Source: Candidatus Aenigmatarchaeota archaeon (lineage in GTDB: Archaea > Aenigmatarchaeota > Aenigmatarchaeia > GW2011-AR5). From it: a stretch of 39,732 nt of DNA. The stretch lies in assembly GCA_016202875.1 (NCBI GenBank), contig JACQNX010000077.1, positions 1-39,732 of the forward strand, written 5' to 3'. Positions 26,075 through 33,584 of this stretch are shown here, piece after piece; positions within the stretch are counted from its first letter, which is position 1; each line of letters begins with the position of its first letter. A program made the translations under genes and the position numbers. The notes beneath the pieces were generated by a model. It saw only the letters and a list, made by a program, of their open reading frames with translations. It ran no database searches and was not told where the DNA came from.

Positions 26075-26749
26075 ATGAGATGCGATATGATTGACGTGAT
26101 AAATCCCATAACAATGAGTATAATCAGAAATGCGAAAGACGGGGATACTATAAGAGAAATATCCGTGAAAACTGGATTTGCTTACTCGGCAGTATATGGA
26201 TGGATCAAAAAATTGGATGATTTCGGCGTTTTGAATTTGGAAGACAAAGGAAACAAAACAGTAATTTCTGTAAATAAAGAGTTGATTTACAACAAGTTCA
26301 TGGAATTGTTAAGTGCATTAGAAACGGCAGAAAGGGATAGGAATTTCTGGAAATTGATGAGAAGCGGGAAATATAATGCAAGATGTGTGAAAGGGACCGC
26401 TGCTGTCGTATGGACACAAGGTGGATACATAACAGGCGATTTCTTTGACAAGATATACCATATTGAAGTTTTAGAAAAAGATTCCGATAATTTTAAAGAA
26501 CAGTTAAAAAAACATATGATTGAATTTGGAAGAGAAGGAGAAATTCCAGGATCTGCCAGGCCATTTATTTGCGTTAACGTGACAAAAAAAATGATAATAG
26601 AAAAAAAGAATAGCTTACCCGTGATGCCGTTGAGGGAATTGATTTCTTGGTGCAGAAAATTACATTTGGAACCTGTATTGGAACAGTTGGATTTGATGTA
26701 TAACATGGGCTTGAAAGAGAGATACTCGGAGGTTTATACAAATGTTTAA
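26075..26749 (+). CDS. wHTH protein, AbiEi-like antitoxin candidate
   Basis: N-terminal wHTH (IREISVKTGFAYSAVYGWIKKLDDFGVL). 8-nt overlap with the downstream nucleotidyltransferase gene. Confidence 0.4.
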   Translation: MRCDMIDVINPITMSIIRNAKDGDTIREISVKTGFAYSAVYGWIKKLDDFGVLNLEDKGNKTVISVNKELIYNKFMELLSALETAERDRNFWKLMRSGKYNARCVKGTAAVVWTQGGYITGDFFDKIYHIEVLEKDSDNFKEQLKKHMIEFGREGEIPGSARPFICVNVTKKMIIEKKNSLPVMPLRELISWCRKLHLEPVLEQLDLMYNMGLKERYSEVYTNV

Positions 26750-27440
26750 GAGAAAGTCAGAAGAAAGTTTGCTGTCAAGAGAACGGGAAATGGTGAGGAT
26801 GATTTCGTCGCTTTCCAATGCCGATCTGCGATTTATAATAGTAGGCGGATATGCAGTAGCTACATTCATGCACAGATTTTCTGTTGATCTGGATGTCGTT
26901 ATGGCAAAAAGTGATATAAAAATATTTGAGGATATTTTGAGTGACAACAACTATTCACTGAAATACTCCAAAGAACTCGCTCTCATTTACGGAGAGGAAT
27001 TCAAGCGCTTCGAAAAACTTGTAAATGCCCTTCCAGTGAATGTTGACCTGCTCATCAATGGCCTTGTTTCCAGAACAACGGGTGCTTCGTGGAGCTTTGA
27101 TTACATATTGAAGGATTCAAGAAATAGCAGGCTTGATGGTGTGGAATTTCTTGTTCCCAGCAAGGAATTGCTGGTTGCAATGAAGATACATGCTGGAAGG
27201 TTTGCTGATATAAGAGACATTGTTGCCCTGATAGAAGATTGTGATATTGAGGGGATTAAAAAGAAAGCATTACGTGGGAATAAAGAAAAGCTGAAAAGTG
27301 TTTTGAACAGTGGACTACAATTTTTGTATAGTCCAAGTTTTCCGGATAGCTTCAAAGGCGTTTTTGGCCTACAGTTCTATAAAGAAGAGTCGACCAAGAA
27401 AGTACAGGAACTGCTTGAGGGAACGATAGAGATGTTATAA
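26742..27440 (+). CDS. Nucleotidyltransferase-fold protein, AbiEii/AbiGii-like toxin candidate
   Basis: FIIVGGYAVATF..FSVDLDVV is a GG..D-x-D minimal nucleotidyltransferase motif. Later KIHAGRFADIRDI. Operonic with the wHTH gene. Confidence 0.55.
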   Translation: MFKRKSEESLLSREREMVRMISSLSNADLRFIIVGGYAVATFMHRFSVDLDVVMAKSDIKIFEDILSDNNYSLKYSKELALIYGEEFKRFEKLVNALPVNVDLLINGLVSRTTGASWSFDYILKDSRNSRLDGVEFLVPSKELLVAMKIHAGRFADIRDIVALIEDCDIEGIKKKALRGNKEKLKSVLNSGLQFLYSPSFPDSFKGVFGLQFYKEESTKKVQELLEGTIEML

Positions 27441-27603
27441 CGCTAATGTTGCTTTTTAATATTTTTCTCCCAATGTAAAAACTAACCCGGCTGGGAAAAC
27501 TGGGATGCTTGCAGGTAACAAGATAGTTCTGGTTTTTCCAATCGTGTTATGAAATAAAGATAAAGTCTGTACAATTCCCTAATTCTTTTGGGGTTGATAC
27601 AGA

Positions 27604-27624
27604 CCTTTTCTTTTGAAGAAAAGG
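27604..27624 (+). promoter_or_regulatory. 7-bp stem hairpin CCTTTTC-(7 nt)-GAAAAGG ending 1 nt before the first rps6e ATG
   Basis: Read directly. Would sequester the purine-rich tract immediately 5' of the start codon. Confidence 0.25.
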
Positions 27625-27631
27625 GATGTAT

Positions 27632-28153
27632 ATGGCAGTATTCAAGTTCGTGATATCGGACAAGAAAAGCTCGGTGCAGGTCGAGAAGGACCAGAAAGAT
27701 GCGCCGGTTTTCAGCAAAAAGATAGGCGAGAAGATGAGCGGAGATTTCTTAGGTCTCATAGGATATGAACTCGAAATAACAGGCGGCTCTGACAAGGACG
27801 GCTTTCCGATGCGAAAAGATGTCGAGGGACAGGTGCGCAAAAAGCAGATACTCATAAAAGGCATAGGGTTCCATGCTGATAAAGAAGGTATGAGAAAGAG
27901 GCGCATAGTCAGGGGCAACACAATCGGTGCTGATATTGCACAGATAAATTGCAAAGTTGTAAAAGCGGGTGAGAAAACTGTGCATGAGCTGCTAGGCATA
28001 AAGCCCAAGGAGCCGAAAAAGAAAGAAGTACCGAAACAAGAGCAAGAAAAAAAGGAAGAAGTAAAAGCAGAGGCAAGTCAAGAACAAATACAACAAGAAA
28101 AGGAGAAAAAAGAAGCGAAGAAAGAAGGGACTAAAGCCGAAGCAGTGGCATAA
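27632..28153 (+). CDS. rps6e: 30S ribosomal protein S6e with Lys/Glu-rich C-terminal tail
   Basis: MAVFKFVISDKK..GYELEITGGSDKDGFPMR..RKRRIVRGNTI. Alternative ATG at 27626. Confidence 0.9.
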   Translation: MAVFKFVISDKKSSVQVEKDQKDAPVFSKKIGEKMSGDFLGLIGYELEITGGSDKDGFPMRKDVEGQVRKKQILIKGIGFHADKEGMRKRRIVRGNTIGADIAQINCKVVKAGEKTVHELLGIKPKEPKKKEVPKQEQEKKEEVKAEASQEQIQQEKEKKEAKKEGTKAEAVA

Positions 28154-28167
28154 TAGAAAAACAAGAG

Positions 28168-29454
28168 GTGACAGATTTCACACAGAAAACAGAATTGAAA
28201 ACAAAAGAAAAAAACGCTGAGCAGAGACATTTGCCTGAAATTAATATTGGTCTCGTCGGACATGCCTAAAGGACTTCTTTAAGTACCGCAAACGTTGACC
28301 ACGGGAAAACGTCTCTTACGCAGGCACTGACAGGCAAATGGACAGACACGCATAGCGAGGAGATGAAGCGCGGGATAACAATAAGGCTGGGCTATGCTGA
28401 CGTGACATTCTACTATTGTGAAAAGTGCAAATCATACAGCAACACTAACAAATGTTCAAGGTGCTTTGGAGATGCCAACCCTGTGCGCACAGTCTCAATC
28501 ATAGACGCTCCGGGGCATGAGACACTCATGGCGACGGTGCTATCAGGAGCAGCGCTCATGGATGGTGCAATCCTTGTTATCGCAGCAGACGAAGAATGCC
28601 CGCAGCCTCAGACAGCAGAGCATCTAAAAGCGCTTGATGTTGTGGGAATAAAAAATATCATCATTGTCCAGAACAAGATAGACCTTGTTCCTGAAGAGCA
28701 AGCAAAAAAGAACTATGAACAGATTAAGAATTTTGTCAAGGGCACGATAGCTAAAGATGCCCCTATTATACCAATAAGCGCTATTCACAGTGCGAATATT
28801 GATATTCTTATTGAAACAGTAGAGAATAAAATAAAAACGCCTCAGAGAGATGAGAGCAAGCCTGCGCGGTTTTATGTTGCACGGTCTTTTGACATCAATA
28901 AGCCTGGCACAGCGATAAAGGACCTCAAGGGCGGGGTTATTGGGGGTTCGCTGACAGAAGGTGTGATTTCTGTAGGCGCTGGAATAGAGATAAAGCCTGG
29001 CGTGAAACAAGGTGACAAATGGATGTCGCTGCAGAGCAACGTTGTAGAGATCGTGCAGAATGGCGCACAAAATGAGGCAAGACCTGGAGGCCTTGTTGCA
29101 CTGCAGACAGAATTAGACCCTTCGCTTACACGGGCTGACGGGTTGTCGGGCGCGGTAGTAGGAAAGGTCGGGACGCTACCTCCTGCAACTGATGACCTCA
29201 AGATGAAAGTGACACTGTTTGATCATGTTATTGGCGTAGAAGGGAAGCAGGCTGTGAAGCCTATCAAGACCGGCGATGTGCTCATGCTCACAGTCGCAAT
29301 TGCCAAGACAGTAGGTGTTGTGACATCGGCCGCCAAGGACCATGTGCAAGCAAAGCTAAAGCTCCCTGTAGTAGTGGAGAAAGGTGACAAGGCAGCTGTA
29401 AGCATGCAAGTAGGCGGCAGGTGGCATCTGGTGGGATATGGAATAATAGCATGA
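28168..29454 (+). CDS. eif2g: Translation initiation factor aIF2 gamma subunit, interrupted by a 30-nt intron-like insert (exons 28168-28261 and 28292-29454; 418 aa after removal)
   Basis: GTG 28168 preceded by AAGAGG. ..PEINIGLVGH, then the insert with TAA 28267-28269, then VDHGKTSLTQALTGKWTDTHSEEMKRGITIRLGYA, Zn knuckle CEKC..CSRC, DAPGHE, NKIDL, domains II and III. The ORF-track start at 28363 lacks the P-loop. Confidence 0.85.
28262..28291 (+). other. Candidate bulge-helix-bulge (BHB) intron within the aIF2-gamma coding sequence
   Basis: hBHBh'-like fold with 3-nt bulges ACA (28260-28262) and AAA (28290-28292) on opposite strands. They are separated by the helix 28256-28259/28286-28289. 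Excision restores GGA CAC GUU GAC CAC = GHVDH. Confidence 0.7.
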
Positions 29455-29551
29455 GATGTTGGCTGATCCAGAAGGAAACAAAATCCTTCTAATTGATCTT
29501 ACAAAAGTTCAACCTTAAGAAGATATTTTTCATAAGTTTAATGTTGGTTCT

Positions 29552-29824
29552 ATGTTTGCATGGCTAAGGAAGATTTTCGGGAAAAAGCGACAGCCAGAAG
29601 AGCCCACGCCAGCAGCGGCTGCGACCGCACAAAAACAGGCGCCTGTTGAAGATGTGCCTGAACGTGAAATAGAAGAAACACCGCAACAGAGATTGGAAAA
29701 GATGGTAAAAAAGGAGAAGGAGCTTGGCACCGATCCTAAAAGAACTGAGAAGACCTGTCCTAAATGCAGCGCGCCCAATGACGAGTTTGTAGAAATATGC
29801 TGGATGTGCAAGGAGAGGATATAA
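29552..29824 (+). CDS. Small protein with C-terminal zinc ribbon
   Basis: 90 aa. Low-complexity charged N-terminal part, then CPKC..(13 aa)..CWMC. Confidence 0.45.
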   Translation: MFAWLRKIFGKKRQPEEPTPAAAATAQKQAPVEDVPEREIEETPQQRLEKMVKKEKELGTDPKRTEKTCPKCSAPNDEFVEICWMCKERI

Positions 29825-29845
29825 AAAGAATAAGAGGTGGGAAGG

Positions 29846-29962
29846 GTGAAGAAAAAATCTGCGAAAAAAAGGAACACTAGCCACAAAACCGGCAGTAAAA
29901 TCAAAACTGCAATGTGCTCTTGCGGTTCAGGCATGGCAGTTAATAAGTGCTGCGGATGCTAA
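29846..29962 (+). CDS. 38-aa SEC-C-motif-like metal-binding peptide
   Basis: GTG start 7-9 nt after GAGGTGG. The basic N-terminal part is followed by CSCGSGMAVNKCCGC, resembling the SecA C-terminal C-x-C-G-S-G-..-K-C-C motif. Below the ORF-track cutoff. Confidence 0.4.
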   Translation: MKKKSAKKRNTSHKTGSKIKTAMCSCGSGMAVNKCCGC

Positions 29963-29968
29963 TTCTTA

Positions 29969-31144
29969 TCAATAGCCTTTGCTGATTTTCTTTTCGATGC
30001 CGAAAAATATAGGCGTGAGGATGACGGTCAGCAGGATAAATGAAATCAGTATTGTGTAGATCTGGTTGGTTATTATTCCTGCAGTCAGCGCTATCTGGGA
30101 TATCACTATGCCATACTCGCCGCGGGGTATCATGCCTATGGAAATAATTGTCTGAGATTTTCCGTCGAAGCCGAAATAGCGGGCCATGAAACCAGAGCCA
30201 ATGGCTTTTGTGAGTATGCCCACGATTAATATTATTAAAATAAGATGCCATGATGTGAAAAATGCAGAGAGATCAACAAATATGGAGCTGTAGGCAAAGA
30301 ATATAGGAATGACAAGGCCGAAACCGAGTATCTTCATTTTGGGTTGTATAATGGACTCGCGAAAATAAGAACGTGACATTGCCATGCCTGCGATAAATGC
30401 TCCTGTGATGGCTGCAAGGCCGATGTTCTCTCCCCAGATGCTGATAAGAAAGGCGATGGAAAGCGGGATTGTGAACAGTGTTTCAGGATCGTGAGATCTC
30501 TGGATGAAATTTATGAATTTGTTGATTACCTTATCTCCAAACGTGAGGATGAAGAAAATAAATCCCATGATAGCCAAGAAAAGTGACGTAACATATGTCA
30601 GGGATATATGACCCACTGAAACATAAGAGACCAGCAGCGAGAGCGCGAGGATGGCAATGACATCGTCGGCAATGGCCATGATAACAAATATCCTTCCTGT
30701 GTGGGTGTGGTATTCTTTCCTGTCAATAAGAATCTTGATGGGCACAGCAGTACTGGTAGAGATCATTGCGACGCCTATTGCCAGGGATGTGTTGAAATTG
30801 CCAAATAATAGCTGGCCTAATAAATATCCTCCTATAACTGTAAGGAGCGCGCCGCTTGCAGCAAGCACTATGCCAATATAAATATCTTTTCTGATCTCCT
30901 CAATTTTTGTCTCCAGACCGATAAGAAAAACCAGAATAGTCAGGCCCAGGAAAGAAAAAAATTCCAGTGCAGGGTTTGGATGAACCAATCCCAGCATAGG
31001 ACCGGCTATAATACCTGCGAGAATTTGACCGACGAGCGCGGAGACCCCAAGACGGGATGTTATTTCTCCTAATACCATTGCCAGAACAAGCAGAATTCCA
31101 AGTTGGAATATCACATTCTCAAGAACCATAGCAATATATTGCAA
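29969..31144 (-). CDS. Cation:proton antiporter (CPA2 / Kef-NapA type)
   Basis: 391 aa, about 12 TM. N-terminal LGEITSRLGVSALVGQILAGIIAGPMLG is typical of the Na_H_exchanger family. Confidence 0.8.
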   Translation of the reverse strand: MQYIAMVLENVIFQLGILLVLAMVLGEITSRLGVSALVGQILAGIIAGPMLGLVHPNPALEFFSFLGLTILVFLIGLETKIEEIRKDIYIGIVLAASGALLTVIGGYLLGQLLFGNFNTSLAIGVAMISTSTAVPIKILIDRKEYHTHTGRIFVIMAIADDVIAILALSLLVSYVSVGHISLTYVTSLFLAIMGFIFFILTFGDKVINKFINFIQRSHDPETLFTIPLSIAFLISIWGENIGLAAITGAFIAGMAMSRSYFRESIIQPKMKILGFGLVIPIFFAYSSIFVDLSAFFTSWHLILIILIVGILTKAIGSGFMARYFGFDGKSQTIISIGMIPRGEYGIVISQIALTAGIITNQIYTILISFILLTVILTPIFFGIEKKISKGY

Positions 31145-31247
31145 ACCAAATTATAAGTCTTTCTTTTGCAATGTTAAAATAAGCTTAAAAATGTTGAAGC
31201 TATAATTCTATACAGACAAAATACTGTTGAATGGGGGTGGAAAACAT

Positions 31248-31427
31248 ATGCCAAGAAAAGTGGCGGATTGCAGGCTGTTCCCAAGCGAGAAGAACTGTTC
31301 CCTCACAATAGCAGGCACAGAAGATGAGGTTCTGGCAGTTGCTGTGAGGCATGCAGTTGAAGAGCACGGACACGAAGATACACCTGAATTACGCGAGCAG
31401 ATCCAATCCATGCTGAAAAACGAATAA
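31248..31427 (+). CDS. DUF1059-like small protein
   Basis: MPRKVADCRLFPSEKNCSLTIAGTEDEVLAVAVRHAVEEHGH fits the DUF1059 pattern (C..C, then EEV..A..HA...HG). GGGGGTGG lies before the ATG. Confidence 0.55.
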   Translation: MPRKVADCRLFPSEKNCSLTIAGTEDEVLAVAVRHAVEEHGHEDTPELREQIQSMLKNE

Positions 31428-31455
31428 ATTCTGCTAAGGTCTTTGCAAATTATCG

Positions 31456-32145
31456 TTAACCTCTGTGGGTTGTGGTAATTGGGGCTTTGTTTGTGATAAA
31501 TGTCAACTGCCTCTCTATTTCTTCTTGATCCTCATTTCCGTAGCTTATCAGAATTTTGTCGTTGATGCCAAGGAGGTATTTTTCAAATTCGCTGTTCGGA
31601 TTTTCGTTTACATAAAACTTCAGTGTTTTGTCATTGGTATTGCAATACTGAGTGCCAGAGTCCAGAACAAGACAAGTAGAGTTAAACTTGAAACCAAGGC
31701 TGCGCAGGAAAAAGCCAATGGTCACGCCGGTAGCATGCACATGAATAACATCTCCGTCTCCGCCTTCCACATGCACATATTGGGACTTAACCTGGTAGCG
31801 TGGCAGGGAAAAATCAAGCTGCCTTCCTTCTACGATAACTTTGAAATCCTGATGTATATGCGTTGAACCCAGCGGGCCGGGCACGTCGGTATTCTTCGGC
31901 ACAAAAGAAACTGCTGCATAGACAATGCCGATAACAGCTATAACAATGGCAATTATTATACCTGTTTTCTTTATCCTCTTTCTTTTTTCCTTTTTCTGTA
32001 ATTCACTAGCATAAGCTTCGGCTCTCTCTGATTTCTTCCTTTCTTTTAACTCGTGCTTGGTTACTCCGATGCCGTGCTTGTCTAGCATGTGCTGGTTAAG
32101 GCTCTCCTGCTTTTCAAACTCCTTGCCGCAGGAATCGCAATTCAT
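31456..32145 (-). CDS. C2H2 zinc finger - TM - extracytoplasmic His-rich domain protein
   Basis: CDSCGKEFEKQESLNQHMLDKH (C-x2-C-x12-H-x4-H), one TM, then THIHQDFKVIVEGRQ..YVHVEGGDGDVIHVHATG. The domain is paralogous to that of 37257-37940. Confidence 0.6.
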   Translation of the reverse strand: MNCDSCGKEFEKQESLNQHMLDKHGIGVTKHELKERKKSERAEAYASELQKKEKRKRIKKTGIIIAIVIAVIGIVYAAVSFVPKNTDVPGPLGSTHIHQDFKVIVEGRQLDFSLPRYQVKSQYVHVEGGDGDVIHVHATGVTIGFFLRSLGFKFNSTCLVLDSGTQYCNTNDKTLKFYVNENPNSEFEKYLLGINDKILISYGNEDQEEIERQLTFITNKAPITTTHRG

Positions 32146-32600
32146 GTATCTTGCCCCTTGAAAGCGCCAAGATAATAAAGAGTAAACAGCATGAGCGCTA
32201 TGCTGATGATGTTAATAACTGTGCTGGCTTTTGAAAGGAATGTAGCAGCACCTACGGGCAGCAGCAGGGCACTCAAAGATGCACAGGCAGGGCATTGCGC
32301 AACAAAAAATGCAGCGAGCGTGGCTGCTGAGCTTGTGCCTGCTGCACTGGTTTTCTGGTTAATTGAACAAACTTTGGGCTGGCGCCACAAATAAATCTGG
32401 TAGGACACAGTCAAGCCAAAGAGCGCCACAAAAATTATAAACAAGGCTGCATTGTACCATGGAATTATTGTGATCCAGAGATCCACGTTTTGCAGATTTC
32501 CAAGCACTTGCGTATAGATGTAAATAGAAGCCATAATAATTGCGGACAAGGCTGCGATGAGCGCGTATTCAAATTTCCTCACTACAGCAAAAACTCTCAT
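32142..32600 (-). CDS. Small polytopic membrane protein with a CPAC motif
   Basis: 152 aa, 3-4 TM. Cys in PKVCS plus FFVAQCPACASL at a TM edge. 4-nt overlap with the downstream gene. Sits directly downstream of the DsbA-like gene. Confidence 0.55.
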   Translation of the reverse strand: MRVFAVVRKFEYALIAALSAIIMASIYIYTQVLGNLQNVDLWITIIPWYNAALFIIFVALFGLTVSYQIYLWRQPKVCSINQKTSAAGTSSAATLAAFFVAQCPACASLSALLLPVGAATFLSKASTVINIISIALMLFTLYYLGAFKGQDT

Positions 32601-32684
32601 TGAACCACTCTGCTGTCAATTATGCAATAAAAATTTAATAAAATTTAATAAAATGAAAACAAAAAATTTCCATTTTCTTGAACG

Positions 32685-33440
32685 TTACGCTGCCAGTTCT
32701 CTGTCTATGATCTGCTTGAACACGCTATATGGCTGCGCACCGACAACCTGCTGGCCATTGATGAAAAAGCTAGGTGTTCCAGAAACTCCTGCATTAGAGC
32801 CGTCCTGGAAATCCTTATCCACTTCATCTTTGTACTTACCTGAGTCAAGACAGGAATCAAACTGGGCTGCATTCAAGCCGAGAGTAGGTGCAGCTTCCTT
32901 AAACTTTGCAACACTTGCTGATTCTCCAAGCCCTGCCCATTGGTCTCTGCTTCCGAACAGCCAGTCGTGCATGGCTTTCCACTTGCCCTGCTCATCTGCG
33001 CACTCTGCAGCTTCAGCTGCTTTCTGGGCACTTGGATGAATGCTGTTCAGAGGAAAGTCTCTGTAAACAAGGCGTACCTTTCCTGTAGATATGTACTCCT
33101 TATCTATCTGTGGCAATGTCTGCGTGAAGAAACGGGAGCAGAACGGACATTCAAAATCAGAGAATTCTATAATTGTCACTTTTGCATTTTGATCTCCGAT
33201 TGAAGGGTCGTCATCAACGGACACATCGAATTTCACCGGGCCTGCACCTGAATCGCCACTTGGCTGGCTGGGCTGGCTGGGCGCTAACACTGACGAGCTG
33301 CCCTGTACTGTGCTCCCTGTAGGGGCTGTGAATCTTCCGACACCAAACCCTATGACAAGGGCGATGACTACGACCACGAGCCACTGCAGCGTAGATTTCC
33401 TTATAGTTACTAGTTCTTTGTCCTCTGCCATTGTTTTCAA
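32685..33440 (-). CDS. DsbA-family thioredoxin-fold protein, membrane-anchored
   Basis: TM anchor, low-complexity linker, then IIEFSDFECPFCSRF (CxxC)..VRLVYRDFPL..GTPSFFINGQ (cis-Pro loop). Confidence 0.85.
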   Translation of the reverse strand: MKTMAEDKELVTIRKSTLQWLVVVVIALVIGFGVGRFTAPTGSTVQGSSSVLAPSQPSQPSGDSGAGPVKFDVSVDDDPSIGDQNAKVTIIEFSDFECPFCSRFFTQTLPQIDKEYISTGKVRLVYRDFPLNSIHPSAQKAAEAAECADEQGKWKAMHDWLFGSRDQWAGLGESASVAKFKEAAPTLGLNAAQFDSCLDSGKYKDEVDKDFQDGSNAGVSGTPSFFINGQQVVGAQPYSVFKQIIDRELAA

Positions 33441-33584
33441 TCCTCAAATTGCTCTCAAACATTTACAAAAGTTGTAAAACTTAAAATATTATGTCATGCA
33501 TGCTTAAATAAGTTACTGATTCCACAGTTTGCTGCATCGATTACTACTATGCGAATCTTTTAATATGGAAAAGCAAATTAATTT

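Noticed and set aside
28262-28291. Alternative explanations for the stop-containing insert in aIF2-gamma: TAA read-through or reassigned TAA, T4 gene-60-like ribosomal bypass, a mini-intein, or a genuinely split gene
   Set aside because: TAA terminates many well-supported ORFs in this window (for example 24557-24559 and 8658-8660), so it is not a sense codon. Read-through would place 10 residues inside the GHVDHGKT loop. No matching take-off and landing codons flank the 30 nt in a way that restores the motif. Ten codons are far too short for an intein. There is no start codon or RBS for a separate C-terminal protein retaining the P-loop. The BHB fold with exact restoration of the motif explains the data better. 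A pseudogene remains the main alternative.
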